Shown here: in pieces, positions 45,413 to 59,900 of the stretch | Position numbering within the stretch: position 1 is the first letter of the stretch | Layout: the number at the start of each line of letters is the position of its first letter | IMG/VR virus record: IMGVR_UViG_3300008108_000013 | Reading direction: 5' to 3' (one strand) | Source: a virus | Taxonomy: Duplodnaviria > Heunggongvirae > Uroviricota > Caudoviricetes | Length of the DNA stretch: 64,000 nucleotides | Notes under the pieces: generated by a model | Databases searched by the model: none | The model's input: the letters and a program-made list of their open reading frames with translations, nothing else | What the model was told of the DNA's origin: nothing | Translations under genes and position numbers: made by a program

Positions 45413-45710
45413 ATGCCTTTGGTTTACGGCCGCGAGCTTTTTTAACAGTATCTTTTGCTTTAGTGGTGGCTTTTTTAACACCAGCCTTAGCTTTTTCTTT
45501 AACTACTGCAACGTCAGCTGAATCAACCTTACCGTCTTTGTTAACATCGGCGGTAGCTTTTACACCCTCGACGACATTTTGAACGGCGGCTGTTGCATCA
45601 GCAACGTCAACCTTACCGTCTTGATTAACATCAAAACTTTTGGCATTTCTATTGTAGTACCAGAAACCAGCAACTGCTAAAATTGCGACAGCAATTAGAA
45701 GTAATTCCAT
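45411..45710 (-). CDS. small membrane-anchored protein with two dockerin/EF-hand-like Ca-loop motifs and a Lys-rich tail
   Basis: N-terminal TM helix, DVNQDGKVDVAD and DVNKDGKVDSAD loops, and C-terminal KKATTKAKDTVKKARGRKPKA. Confidence 0.5.
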   Translation of the reverse strand: MELLLIAVAILAVAGFWYYNRNAKSFDVNQDGKVDVADATAAVQNVVEGVKATADVNKDGKVDSADVAVVKEKAKAGVKKATTKAKDTVKKARGRKPKA

Positions 45711-45763
45711 AGTTGTCTCCTTGTTGATTATTTAGTTTTAAATACGCTACTATATATTTTATT

Positions 45764-46678
45764 ATGAAAAATACGCCAATAGTTACTGTTACTTGTACCA
45801 GAGATCTGCCATTACTTGAATTGCAGGCGCAAAGTGTGTATCATTACTTAGATACAGAATGTCCTGTTTATATCATTGTAAATGAATCTAATATGTTAGA
45901 TTGGTTAGATTACTTTGATAAAAATATAAGACATTTTTACGATAAGCATAAACTTAAAATACTATTTAGAGATGCGTTTCCTGGAGAATGGCAACAATGG
46001 ATACCTAGTAAAATTAACCCATGGCATGTGGGCTGGGAAACCCAACAAATATTAAAGTTGGCTATAGCAGAGCATTTAACTACAGATGCATTTCTAGTCT
46101 GCGACAGCCAGAATTTTTTGATTAAAAACTGGTCAGCCGATTATAATATTCCTGAGGGGAAGATTCCTTACAGGACAGGAATTTATGCTATGCCAATAGA
46201 CATATGGCAAGAATATTCAAAACGTCTAGACCTGGATCTAAAATCTCCTAATTCTCAAACTATATCAATGTGTACCCCGATTTTTTTACACACTCAATTA
46301 GTTCAAAGTCTAATCAAAAGCAAAGGTGGCGTACAAAAATTTAGCAGTTGGTTTAAAACTGCTTCCAGAGTAAAAAGCGAATTTGTATTATATGCTCTGT
46401 GGGCTGAAAAACACGGCGGGCTTAACAAATTACACTATTGCGTCGAAGACTGGGCTAGTCCGTATTTGCGAGATAGCAATAATTTTGATTATGATTTTGA
46501 GAAATTTATAAATTTTATCGGAGTACACGAACCACATTCTTGGATCAGTGTTAACCATCGTAGCTGGGGCGATATGAGTGGCAAACAATATCAGAGATTA
46601 AAAGCTAAATTATTAGAATATAAACTAGAACCAAAATTTGACGAATATCGTAGCACTTACGTTGACTACAAATTCTAA
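45764..46678 (+). CDS. hypothetical protein
   Basis: ORF only. Confidence 0.45.
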   Translation: MKNTPIVTVTCTRDLPLLELQAQSVYHYLDTECPVYIIVNESNMLDWLDYFDKNIRHFYDKHKLKILFRDAFPGEWQQWIPSKINPWHVGWETQQILKLAIAEHLTTDAFLVCDSQNFLIKNWSADYNIPEGKIPYRTGIYAMPIDIWQEYSKRLDLDLKSPNSQTISMCTPIFLHTQLVQSLIKSKGGVQKFSSWFKTASRVKSEFVLYALWAEKHGGLNKLHYCVEDWASPYLRDSNNFDYDFEKFINFIGVHEPHSWISVNHRSWGDMSGKQYQRLKAKLLEYKLEPKFDEYRSTYVDYKF

Positions 46679-46690
46679 ATAAATATCACT

Positions 46691-47254
46691 ATGTATAATT
46701 TTATCAAGTGGGCTACTCTACAAGAAAGCCATACTCCCAAAACCTTAGAACAACTAATTCTTCCTTATAAAAAGGACGAACTAGATCCTGTTCTTTCTGA
46801 AGATACGATAAAATTACACTACGGTAAACTGTATAAAACTTATGTTGAAAGATACAATGCTGGGGAGGGCGATCCCGATTTTAACGAAGCAGGCGCATTC
46901 TTACATCATATTCTTTTCGAACAATTCCAAGTTCCTAGCGGCAACAACAATCCTGACGGCTCTGCAGGAGAGTTTATCAATAAACATTTTAAGTCTTACG
47001 AAGCATTTAAAGACGCTTTTAACAAAGAAGCAATGGCTATACAAGGCTCGGGGTGGGTATATTTGGCTCGTAACGGTGAAATAAAAACCATTAAAAATCA
47101 CCAAATCAAACAAGACATCGTGCTACTCATAGACTGGTGGGAACATGCGTTTATCTTAGATTACGGATCAGATAAAAAACGTTATCTTGAGAACCAATGG
47201 AAGATTATAAACTGGAACGTAATAAGTGCTAGAATTGGTCTAGTGTCTTCATAG
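46691..47254 (+). CDS. Fe/Mn superoxide dismutase family protein
   Basis: LPYKKDELDPVLSEDTIKLHYGK (first His ligand), AFLHH (second His), GSGWVYL and DWWEHAF (Asp and His ligands). All four metal ligands are conserved. Confidence 0.7.
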   Translation: MYNFIKWATLQESHTPKTLEQLILPYKKDELDPVLSEDTIKLHYGKLYKTYVERYNAGEGDPDFNEAGAFLHHILFEQFQVPSGNNNPDGSAGEFINKHFKSYEAFKDAFNKEAMAIQGSGWVYLARNGEIKTIKNHQIKQDIVLLIDWWEHAFILDYGSDKKRYLENQWKIINWNVISARIGLVSS

Positions 47255-47516
47255 AGCTTACAGGCATATCCCATATTCTACGTGCTTCTACACCCTTTTC
47301 TTGTGCAAACTTTTTAGCATCACAATCTCCGCATACATGATAGTAGTTGTTGTTTAAACGCTTGGGATCCATGTTACCCTTATCTCGTTTAAATATCCCC
47401 TGACAACAATCACAACGAAAGATCAAAACAGTTTTTTTTCTTGTGTAGGCATGCATCGTACCGTACTTACTCTTACGGTAGTGAGCTTGTTGTGCGTATT
47501 CTTGTCCTATGTACAT
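47229..47516 (-). CDS. small zinc-ribbon protein
   Basis: CDCCQG...CGDCD, convergent with the SOD gene. Confidence 0.35.
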   Translation of the reverse strand: MYIGQEYAQQAHYRKSKYGTMHAYTRKKTVLIFRCDCCQGIFKRDKGNMDPKRLNNNYYHVCGDCDAKKFAQEKGVEARRIWDMPVSSMKTLDQF

Positions 47517-47576
47517 AACTGTATTTACATTAAGGTTATAAAAATGTTTTGCTAAATATGATATCGAGGGGTAAAT

Positions 47577-47900
47577 GTGATTACAATTACTGATTCAGCA
47601 AAACAAAAAATTAAAGATCTTCTCTATGAAGAAGGGAATCCTAACCTAGCACTAAGAACATTTGTCCAAGGTGGCGGATGCAGTGGTTTTAGTTATGGAT
47701 TTACATTTGACGAAGAAATCAACGAAGATGATTTCGAACTACCCTTAGATGAATTTAAATTACTTGTAGACAGCATGAGTATGCAGTATCTACAAGGTGC
47801 AGAAATCGATTATAAAGAAGAGCTAATGGGCTCTCAATTCACTATTAAAAATCCCAACGCAGTAACTACCTGCGGGTGTGGTTCCAGTTTCGGAGTATAA
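47577..47900 (+). CDS. A-type Fe-S cluster carrier (IscA/ErpA/HesB family)
   Basis: GGGCSGFSY and C-terminal CGCGSSF signature cysteines. GTG start with a gagggg RBS. Confidence 0.8.
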   Translation: MITITDSAKQKIKDLLYEEGNPNLALRTFVQGGGCSGFSYGFTFDEEINEDDFELPLDEFKLLVDSMSMQYLQGAEIDYKEELMGSQFTIKNPNAVTTCGCGSSFGV

Positions 47901-47905
47901 AATAA

Positions 47906-50900
47906 ATGGCAAAGCAAATTATTGATATTGGTGTACAAGGTAACGACGGTACCGGCGACAGTATTCGCGAATCGTTCCGCAAAGTTAATGAAAACTTTAC
48001 AGAACTATATGCTGTCTTTGGTATTGAAGGATCTATTGATTTTACCGCGTTAGGCGATACCCCGAACAGTTACGAAGCTAATCAGCTGATCATGGCTAAC
48101 AATGCCGGTGATTCGCTAACTGCTAGAACTATCATCGGCGAGGGTGCTGTAAGTATTGATACTGATGATAACGGAAAAATCATATTTTCTGTCGATCAGA
48201 TTGGCTTGGCTGCTGACCAGGAGCCAGCACTTGCAAACTATCTAAATGCTAATAACTTTTCTATTGTTCGCCTAGCAGATCCTAGCCAAACTATAGTTGA
48301 TATTTGGAATCTTAACAATGCCAGCTTGCCAACTACTCTCGACGAACTGCCCGTAACTGTTGGCTACGCCAATGACAATTACCTACGTGTAAGCGGAGAA
48401 CAGGTATCAACAGTATTGCGTGTACGCGATGAGCCTACATTTCCAGACGTAGAAGATCCAGATTATGACGGTTCTCTAGTCGGAAACTATCTATCAACTG
48501 AAGCAGTACAAAGAAAATTTGTCGTAAGTCGCCAGGGTGATGCGATGACTGGTCCTTTATTCTTAAACGACCATCCAAGTCCGTTAGCAGGGCAAGGCAC
48601 ACCAAACGGTATTACTGACCTACAGGCTGCAACAAAATACTATGTAGATAATCAGGTATTCTCAAGTGCTGTTAACTTGTTTGTTAGCGGTGCTACTGGT
48701 GATGATTTACAACAAAGAACACCGGCGGGTAAAGAAGGTCGTTACTGGCAATATGCTTATAAAACGATCGGTGCTGCCGCTTTGGCTGCAGAAAACATCA
48801 TTAATCTTGCTAACCAAGAACCTGGACCATACCGTCAACGTTTAAGCTACACAATTGGTCCTGACCAGTATTTTAGTACTGTACAAGAAGTAACTCTTAT
48901 CGACGGAAACACAAAAACTGAAGGTTATCAAGATGCTTTTGATCTGCTACAAGTTAACAAAGAGTTCATCCAAGCAGAAACTATCGCTTATATCAATAAC
49001 AAATACGTAAACAGTTTTACATACGATGAGGCTCAATTCAATGCTGATATACAGTTTGCACTTGAAAGTGTTGCAAACGATATTGTAGTTGGATCTACAT
49101 TTAATTCCACTCGTGCGGCAGTTGCCTATTACACTGGACCAAATAGCGATAAATTAGCGTCGCAGTTAGTTCAAACTATCGAAGCAATTAAATATGCTCG
49201 AGATGAAGTATTAAACTTTTCTTATGATGACGATAAGCTGGCCAATTATGTTGGGCAGGTTATTGATGCACTATGCTATGACTTAGTATTCCAATCAAAT
49301 TATCAAAGTATCCAAGCAGGTATTTTCTTTGCAGATGCAGGAACAGACATTAGCGTTCCGCAAATGGTTCAACTATTATTAGAAATTGAAGAACAGATCA
49401 CTGCTCTCGGCGCAGTCAGCGGACCAAGTGCGCCGCCTGCGGCTGCTCAATCTATTACTGATAATATTGCGGTTATCATCGACATTATAACCGGGGATAC
49501 TATTCCAGAACCAAGTATGCCAGATTTATCCAACACCCCAGTTGGAAGATCTAGTGCTAGAGATTTAGTATTAGCTAACATTCCGTTCCTACAAGCAGAG
49601 ACTATTGCATTCTTAGGTGCAGAATATCCTACACTAGCCTACAACAAAGAAAAATGCCGTAGAGATATAAAATATATACTCTGGAGTTTAGTCTACGACT
49701 TTATGTATGATGGTAATCTACAAAGCGTATATGCTGGATTAAGATATTGGACTGGGACTACACGAAATATTGCGTCATATGAAATTGAACCGTTTAATGA
49801 TGTCCTTGAATATATGAGGACATTGTTAGTATCTATAGTTAACAGCGACAGTCCAACCACTGTATACCAACAAAGTTTTAGACAGTATAGAAACGAAACA
49901 TTAATCAACGGTAGCATTGTTTTATCTTCAATCGATGACAACATTGATGCTATCAAAGCAATTATCACTAATTACCTTTCTGCTCCGGCAGTTGTATTAC
50001 CAACAGTAACTAATCCGCCAATCGCGGCAACTATTATTACTGCTAGGAATGCTATACAAACAGAAAAACCTGCTTATCAAGATTTTGCAATCGATTACAT
50101 CGACGAAAACTTCCCTGTAATTAATGATCCTGATATCCTAACCGACATCGAAGAAAGATTCCAAATAATTATTGATTTACTGACTCTAGGTCTCCAAGGC
50201 AGAGAAAACTCTAACTATACAATACCAGTGGGAACTAGTATCGGTGCGTTCCATGCCCAGGCATTAATAATGGGCAACTTAGATTTTATTGCTTCTCAAA
50301 CAGAAGGATATTTAATTGCCAATCATGGCGGATATTCTTATGATTCTGTGATTTTCCAACAACATATTAAAGATATCACCGAAGCAGTTGTTTATGACCT
50401 AATCTACGGTGGTAACTCTGCTATTAGCTATAAAGCAAATCAATTATTTGCTGCCGAAGTAACTGGAAATGAAATTTTAGATACGTTTTCATATACTGCT
50501 GGTTTAATTACCAACAGTATTATACAGAATCTAGGAGCATCTCCTATCTATTCAATAACAACTGCGGCCGGCTTAACACAATTTATTGATGCTACTAATT
50601 ACCCAGGCGGTGGTGGCGCGGCGCCTTCAATTAATAACCTCTTTAATATTTTACAGGCAATTATCGATGGTGATGAAGGTCCTACTGTACAAACACCAGT
50701 CTTAGACGGATACAGTTCGATTAGAAGAAGTGCTAGAAATATTATTCTATTAAACCGTGCACCTGTAGCACAAAGAACTCTAGATTTCTTAAATGCTAAC
50801 TACCAAGGTGGCTTTAACTACGACGAAGCAATTTGCTACAGAGACTTGGGATTAATTATCGATGCTATGAGCATTGATATAATTACAGGCGGAACTTATC

Positions 50901-53900
50901 AAAGTATTACTGCTGGTAAGAGCTACTACAGAAATGCTAGTGCTAGGGCTATCGCTATCGGAACACAGCTAACTGAAACTCTTGATGCAATTAATTTTGC
51001 TAAAGGAGTAGCAGTACAAGTATTAGAACAAACAACTGCTAGTCGTTACCAAAGTTTAATTACACAAACATTAAACCCTGCAAAAATTGCAAGTCCACAA
51101 GCAGTTACTGATTTACAAAATAATATGGACATCATCGTTACGATTATTAACGGTGGTGTTGGCGTAGCACCAACTCCGAGCTTTGGAACAGGTATATGGC
51201 GAGTTGAAATTTCCAATGGTGGTAACGGATTCGTCGACCAAGGTGCACCGGGTAATAACGATATTATTCCTGCCAAGGTGTTAGTCGGTATTGATTCTGC
51301 GGCCTATGGTAGTATTGTAAGATATGTTCGTGGTTATACTATCAATACAGACATTATTGAAGTACGCCTTACTAAGCCAGGATTCTTTACCGTTAATGAA
51401 CAAATCGAATTCGGTGAAACTATTCGTGATATCAACATTGTTATTCAAGTTGAAGCAGGTATATATCTCGAAGACTACCCAATTAAAGTTCCGCCTAATG
51501 TTTCTATAAGAGGCGATGAATTCCGTAGAACTATTGTTAGACCAAGAGATAGAATTTCTCAAAGTCCGTGGCGTAAAGTATTCTTCTATCGTGACTCAGT
51601 TATCGATGCTCTAGAACTAGGATTGATCGATACTGAAAACGATTATGCAACTGAATCAACTATCGACCTAGGTGGTACTAGTGATAAGATTGTTGTTACA
51701 TTGAATGTAGGTCAAGTTCCGAGTTCATGGGTTGGAAAAATCCTTATGGATGACAGACCTGCTGTTTCTGTCACTGGAACTAGTGCATCAAACAACAGAG
51801 TGACAACTGCTACTGCACACAACTATGAAGTAGGAAATCCTATTATCTTTACAGAAACCATAGGCGGTTTAATTGCCAATAGAAAATATTATGTATATGA
51901 TGTTCCTACAACTTCAACCTTTAGAGTTGCAGATAACCTAACAAATCCAACACCGTTGACGCTGACTACAGATTCAACAGCGTCATCTGTGCTACGTTAT
52001 GATCGCCGAGGCAAAGCAGTTGTTGATAGTGTGTCTGGAAACTTTGCAAACTGTTCAGTAATCTATCCATTCCAGTCAAGCGGAGAACTAGCTATCGGCG
52101 AATGGCATTTATACGAACCGCTTAACTACGGACGACACTATCTAGTAGATCCGTTAGATGTTGATAGCCCGGCTAAAAATAACAAAGATATTGACGTTAT
52201 GTTGTGTAACGATGCTAATCGTATCAGCAACTTAACATTCCAAGGACACGGTGGATTCTCAATGGTCCTTGATCCAGAAGGAACTATTAAGACTAAATCA
52301 CCTTATGGCCAAGTTTGTTCTTCATTCAGTCAGTCGAATAACCGCAAGCGTTTTGCTGGCGGACAGTTTGTTGACGGATTTACTGGCCGATTAAAAGGTA
52401 AAATTATCAGTGTTGAATACGACGGTATTACCAGTTTCGATCTAACAAACCTAACTAATGGTAGCGGCTACACTCCAACGACCGGTTCTGTAACATACAC
52501 TAGCGTCCCTGTTACTGGTTTAACTTATACAGCAACTAGTGTAAACGGTACTACAAATAAAGTTTTACTTGATGTAACAGAAGAAGAACTAGGAGATCTA
52601 GTCCCAGGAAGTGCTGTTACTTTCAGTGGAACTACATTCGGTGGTATTGAAGCAGGTCGTAGATATTACATTAATACAATCTATGTAACTAAGGAAATTA
52701 CTCTAAGTCTTACACAAAGTACAGATATTTCAGATGTTGTTGATCTAACATCAGGATCTGGAACTATGACTATGGTCAACGGTGGTGTAAATGCCACTGC
52801 TGATGTCACTGTTATCAACGGTGTTGTAACTAACGTCATCATCAACCAAGCTGGCGAATACTGGACAGAAGGTGAATTGATCACTGTTGATTCTGCAGAC
52901 ATTGGAGGGACAGGTAGCGGTTTTAACACACCGATCGGTGCTGTTAATGGAAAAGGGGTACAAATTAATGTACGTGGTGGAAAGAACAGCGGTTTAGATA
53001 TTCGCCCACCACAGCCTCCATGTGCTTTCTTTGTTCAGGGTATTCGTTATCAGGTCAACGACGTTGTTAGCTGGACTCCTAACTCGTTCAATTACGATTC
53101 GGACAAGTGTGCCCGAGATGTTGAGATCATCGTAAATGCCGTTTTAGAAGATTCGATCTTCGGCACAAATTATCAAACTATCACTGCCGGTCTAGCATAC
53201 ATTAGAAGCTATAGCTCAGTAGTAACAAGCCAACAAAAAGAACAAACGATAGACGGCTTAAACTATGCTAGAGATTTAATCTACGATCTAGCCACAGATA
53301 ATGCAACTAAGTTAGCAATAAGAACTAACATGAAGATTATCACTGACATTATTGAAGCTGTCAGTGAGTCTGCGGCGCCTAGTTTAACTTACACAGATCC
53401 TACAACACCAGCAAGCGGAACTAGTTTAATCGGTTCCAATCAGGCGGCCGCAGTTATCATCGATAATAAAGAATTTTTACAAGAAGAAGTTGTTTCTTAT
53501 ATCGCAGACGAATTAGGAAGTATTCCAGGGTATGACGAAGCTACCTGTGCCCGTGATGTAGGTTATATTATTGACGCTATGGTCTTTGATATTCTCTACG
53601 GTGGTAATACTGCTACGATAGTTGCGGCTGAAGCATATTTCGATGGTACTGGTGAAAATACTGTTGAACCGCAAATTTCTGCCTTCCAAGATGCTCTTGG
53701 TAGATTAAAAGATATTATAGGATTTATTATTACATCAGATCCGGGCGCCTGGACTAAATCTCCATCTAATGGATTAACTCAGACTAACGGATTCCCCGGA
53801 GATAGCGGATCTGTTTCTACAGCAGAATCGTTAGTACAGATTGTAATTAATGTAGTGTCTAACGGGTTAGGTGTTGTTCCTGCAGATGACGAACCTACAT

Positions 53901-56900
53901 TTGCAAATGGTGTTGAATATGTAACTATCAACCCTGATAGAATTGAAATACTTAACAATATCAATCTTGTAAAAGAAAGAACAATAGCTTACCTTGATAG
54001 TCTATATCGAGGCGGCACAGTAATCTTAACACTAGATACTTCTACACCATTTAATGCACAAGGTGCATACGACAATGAAATTTGTTCAAGAGACGTTGGT
54101 TTAATCATCGACGCTGTCTTGTATGATATGGTGTTAGGTTCTAATTATCAAACTATTAAAGCTGGTGTTTCTTATACACGAGCAACTGCTAGTGCTGTTA
54201 TTACTTCTCAGAAAACACAGACATTAGCTGGTTTAGATCAAACTAGAAATCTAGTATTAAATGAAGTATTAAATCCTATTGCTAGAGAAAGTATCGTTGA
54301 TAGTATGGCTTTGATCAATTCTATCATTGATCAAGGTGTTACCGCGGCGCCTGCAATATCATATCCTTCTAGTCCTAGCACTACTGCTAACGCAGGAAAA
54401 GTTAGAGATAACATAGTTGCTAATAGAAATTTCATTGCAGAAGAAGTTGTTGCTTGGATTGCGGCTTCATTTAATTTAAAGAATTATTCAAATTACAGTT
54501 CTGTAACAACTCGTCGAGATATGGGCTACATCATTGATGCCATGGTGTACGATATCGTTTACGGCGGCAACTCGATGACCTATGACATTTCTGAATCTTT
54601 CTATTCTAAGATTACAGGTGCAAGTCAGATCGACGGAGTTGAAGAACTATACACAGCGGCATTAGGTAGAATGACGGTTATTTTACAACAGGTTGTAACT
54701 AACGCTGGCGTAACACGCAGTCCAGGGACTGTATCAACACAGACTATAAATCCTGCATACGCTATATTAGTTTCTGATGCAGAATATACAAAAATAGAAA
54801 CTCTAACTGATATCGTAACAGACTATGTTGAAGACGGCGATTTTGATACAGCTACAACTAGAACCACTCCAACCATAAGTGGCCTAGATGCAGATCTATT
54901 AGCAGAAAGAACTAGCATCCTGTCTGTCAAAGATGATATTAGAAAAGAAACTATAACATTTATTAATGATGGTGCAGACCTAACTATTAACATCGAGATG
55001 GGCGGTAACAAGTCTATGTTGGCCAACGACTTTGCGATGATTAACGATTTAGGCTATGCGATTGTATGTACTAACGGTGGTATATCAGAACAAGTTTCAA
55101 CATTCACATACTACTGTCATACTCACTACTGGGCCAACAACGGTGGACAGATTCGTTCTGTAGCAGGTTCAAATGCACACGGTACATATGGTCTACGTGC
55201 TAGTGGATTTGATGTAACTGAAAAACCAGATGCAGTAACTCTTGCTCATGACATGGTGCAGACTGCAAGAGTTTATAAGTCTGGCGAATATGCAGACGAG
55301 ATGACACCAACTACCGGTAAGCAGGCTCTGAGTATCTTTATTCTAGGTTATAGTTACAAACCATTTAATAATTCTGAAGTAGAAATAGATCATAGTATGG
55401 CCGGCTTGGGTATAGTTCGATATGAAGTTAGCTCTATCGAAAATACTCCAGTGTCAATTGGTGGACAAACTGTTCTTAAGATGAACTTGTCTACTACAGG
55501 TAATAACGGAACTAGCTCAACTGGTCTAGCTACAGCCTTGTATGACGGGCAACAGATTACTATACGTGTCTTACAAAATATCAAGTTTAATAATATTGAT
55601 AACGTTAATCCAACTCGTCCAAGTACTGCTCTACAGTACAACGACAACTTAGCCGACATTTATCGTATTCTTGCATATAACTTAAATGAGTCAACAGGCG
55701 AATTACTACCAGATAACGTGTCGATTCTACAGTCTGATGCATCATTTAACTATTATAAGTTCACTACTGATCTCAATAATCTAGGAACTTTAGACTGGGA
55801 TTATGCTTTAGAGATTACCGATCTTACTGCTGATGGCACTACTGTCACTGTCGAGTTTGCCGCACAAACGTTTGCTCCGTTTGAAATCGGAGAGTACATC
55901 AGTGTTCAACAGACTGTTAGTGATGGTACTAATACTGAATCGTTTAACGGTGCATATCTCGTAACTGATGTCGGTGTTGACTTTGTTGAATTTGCCAGCA
56001 CAGTCACTGATAACTGGGTCGAAGGTGGTTATGTAGGAGATAAAACCCAGGGTTCTAGAGTAGGCGACATTAAACTTGCTGTACTTGAAATCGGACAGGC
56101 TACAGTTATTGCACAGATCAACAAAGGAACCTATGTCGTAGGTTGGCATGGTCGAACACATCGTGTAGATGGTTACACCGTTCCTTTAAAAATCGCACAA
56201 GGATCTTATGTAAGCTATACCGCTGGAACTAACACATTATTAGTAAATGGTGTGTCGGGTACTATCGAAATAGGCGACGAGATATTTGGTACTGGATGGG
56301 CTGGAGAAACTGTTGTTAGCGTTACAGAACCACCATCAGTAGGCGGAGATTACACTATCGTTGTTTCCGGAGACCCAAGTACTACTCCAACAGGAACGAT
56401 TACATTTGGTATCCAAAGAAACGGTTACTTAAGAATTGATCCTAATCCTGTACAGAACTTAGTCGGTGACGGTTCGGGTATTGATGCTCTTTCTTTTGTA
56501 AGTAAGACCAATCCAGCTAGTGGATTAAAATTTGTTACCTATAATGTACCTTGGACTCCAAACACACCTCCTATCGCAGATGCATGGTATAAGATAGCTG
56601 GGCAAGAAAATCAAAATTATAATGATTGGCATCAGGTATCGGGGGTATTAAGTAAGACACAATTAACTGTTAGTAGCACTTCAAACCTAACAGTAGGTAT
56701 GGTGGTTACCAGCGTAAGTCCAGGAACTGTTATTCAAGCAGGCACTATCATCCAAAGTATTGATGCCGCAGATAAATTTACAGTAAGTCCGGCATGTTGG
56801 GTTCCTGCAGGTTCTCTAGTAAGTTCGACTATTGTGGCTACACTTGCAAGTATTATTATCAGTAATGCAGGTACAAACTATACATCGGGCGCACCAATCA

Positions 56901-59900
56901 TTACATTCGTCGGCGGCGATCCTATCGTTCCTGCGATTGCAACCTGTACAGTCTTAAATGGTAGTATCGAAACTGTTACTGTAGTAAGTCCAGGTTACGG
57001 TTATCAAGATACACCTATCATACAACTAAGTTATGGTAATGGTTTGCTTACAGCAGTACTAACCAGCTCTCCGATTGTCGATACAACAGCATTAGCTGGT
57101 ACTAGCACAAATCAAATTACTGTTGCCTATGAAGACAATCCTGGTATTTTCGAGTTGCAAGATCAGGCAGTGTTTACTGCAAGTATTAGCGACGGACTAG
57201 GTGGAGCCGGTACTCAATTAGATGTCTCTGCTGTTGAAGTTGGTGTAATTAAAGTCGGCCAAACTATCAGCGGTACTGGTATCACTGCTGGAACAAAGAT
57301 TACTGCATTTGTATCCGGAACTCCGGGCGGCATTGGAGTTTACACCGTTGATACTAGTCAATCAGTTATTGCACCGATTGAAGTAACTGCTGAAGTTATT
57401 CTAAGCGGATTTACCAGCAAGACAGGACCTGCGGTATTTGTTGGTAGCATTAGCGGAACTACACTAACTGTTGCTTCACTGACATCAGGAACTATTGCGA
57501 TAGGTCAAGTAATTACCGGAACTGGTATTACAGCGAATACTTATATTATTGGAGGTAGTGCATCTACATGGACTGTAAGCACTAGCCAAACTGTAGGCTC
57601 GGGTACTACTATTACCGCAGGATATGCTGTAGTACTAAACTTCCCAACACAGTCTAGTGCTCCAACTGCAAGTCGTTGGTATGAAATTAGCGGAAATACT
57701 AATCCGCTTTACAATGGAATATATTATGCTGTAGCTTCTACAACATCGACTATTACACTGTCATATCCTAATGACCCAGGAACATGGAGTTCGTCAACTG
57801 ATACTAAACTCGACGGACTGACTGCTTCTGCTATTACAGAAAGTCTAGGATTCAGCAAACCTTTCCCAGAAGAGGGTGCTGTAACTATGCGACTTGGATA
57901 TCCAAGAAACGCTGATGCACAGATTACTGTTCGTATTTCAACTTGCCGTGCAACAGGGCATGACTTCTTAGACATTGGTACTGGTAGTTACTCAACAACT
58001 AACTATCCTGTAACAATTTATGGTAATCCTGTTTTAAGTAAACAACAGGCCAATGAAGTTATTGAAGACGGTGTCGGTCGTGTATTCTATGTAACGTCAG
58101 ACCAAAACGGTATCTTCCGTGTAGGTCGTTTCTTTACAGTTGACCAAGGTACTGGTACAGTTACATTCTCAGCGTCTATTGCGTTGAGTAACTTGGACGG
58201 TATTGGTTTCAAACGAGGTGTTGTTGTTAGTGAATTCTCAACTGACAGCTCGATGACTAACAATGCTCCTGAAATTGTTCCAGTGCAGTCAGCTGTTCGT
58301 GGGTATATCGACAAGCGTCTAGGCCTAGACCATGGAGGCGGTCCTGTTCCATTAAACAACTTAATTGGCCCAGGTTATCTAGCTCTTAACGGTTCGTTAA
58401 CTATGAAGGGTAACCTTAACATGGGTACCTTTAGTATTACTAACCTAGCAACACCGTTGATTACAGATGCTGGTACTAATGCGGCTAACAAATTCTATGT
58501 TGACCAAGCAATCAGCGAGTTCGACGAGTTTGAAGAACTAAGAGATGTACAGTTTAACAGTTTAGTTGAAGGTGAGATTCCGGTATGGGATCAAAGCACT
58601 GTATTCAACATCATCGGTGGACTAGGTAATGGTAACACATTAACTGTTAACTTTGCCACACAGGCAACTGCACCTTTCCCAATTGGCAGCATTATTGTTG
58701 TAAGTGGTGTTACTCCCGCAAACTACAATGGAACTTATATTGTAACTAGTTGTACAACTAACTCTGTAAGTTTCGATAGCGATGTAGTCGATGCGTATTC
58801 TAGTGGTGGTACAGTTAAAGCTAATAAATGGCGAAACATACAACTACCTAACAACTCTGCTACTAGCGATGTATTATTAACATACAACGGTGTCACTGGA
58901 AAAATAACCAGCACTATTCAATCTGGCAAGATTGTTAACAGTATGGTCAGTGCTACCGCAGGCATTGAGCAGAGCAAACTAGCGATGACTGCGGCCAGTA
59001 CCCGTGCTAGTGCTACAGGTATTGCACAGTCTAATCTAGGACTTGCCAGCTTTAAAGACATTGAGTTCCAAGCAACTAATGGTTGGATTGAACTTAAGAG
59101 TGCTACTAGTGCATCAACAGGTGTTACCCATGCTAAACTTCAATGGATGTCGCAAGGTACTATTTTAGGACGTGCGGCGGGTACAGGTACAGGGGCAGCT
59201 GGGGAGATTTCATTTGGAACAGTAGTTGCCAGCGGTGACGGTGTTAAGAATGCACCATTTGCTGCCAACGGTGCTATGACTGTTACCTACGATGGTAGCA
59301 ATCCATCTAATAACAGTTATAGCGTAACAAGCATTTCTACAACTGGTTCAAGCAATAGCTTGACAAAGACTGACGGCAGTGGAAACTTGAACATATCTGG
59401 TGGTTATGTTAATGCTACTTCTTTAAGAATTAGTTCAAACACTATCATAGATGTTAACGTTGGTACTAATGCTTCACAATTCTATACTCCAGGATCTTAT
59501 AACTTCTTATCTGCTACTGGTACTAATAGTTCTAACTCAACTGTTACATTGAACGGTGGTACTTTAGATGTTACTGCCGGTACATTAAAATCAGACGATT
59601 TAACTACAGGAGGTACTTCAACAGCAGGTACTATTACTGGAGACTGGTCATTAGCCAGTACTAGTGTTTTAGATGTAACTGCCGGAACACTATATACTGA
59701 TACTATCGTATCAAGTAGGACTAACGCGGCTGCAACAGGTTCGATTCGAGGTTACTGGTCACTTGATGGTTCAAGTCGACTTGAAGCGACTTATGCAGAC
59801 TTGGCAGAATACTACGAGAGTGATCAGGAATATCGCCCAGGTACTGTTCTAGTTTTTGGTGGAACTAAAGAAGTTACAACTAGTAATATACTAAACGATA

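Noticed and set aside
49693-59165. Many 60-120 aa minus-strand ORFs inside the giant gene
   Set aside because: They are embedded antisense in a continuous 12-kb coding frame with strong repeat structure, so they are typical shadow ORFs.
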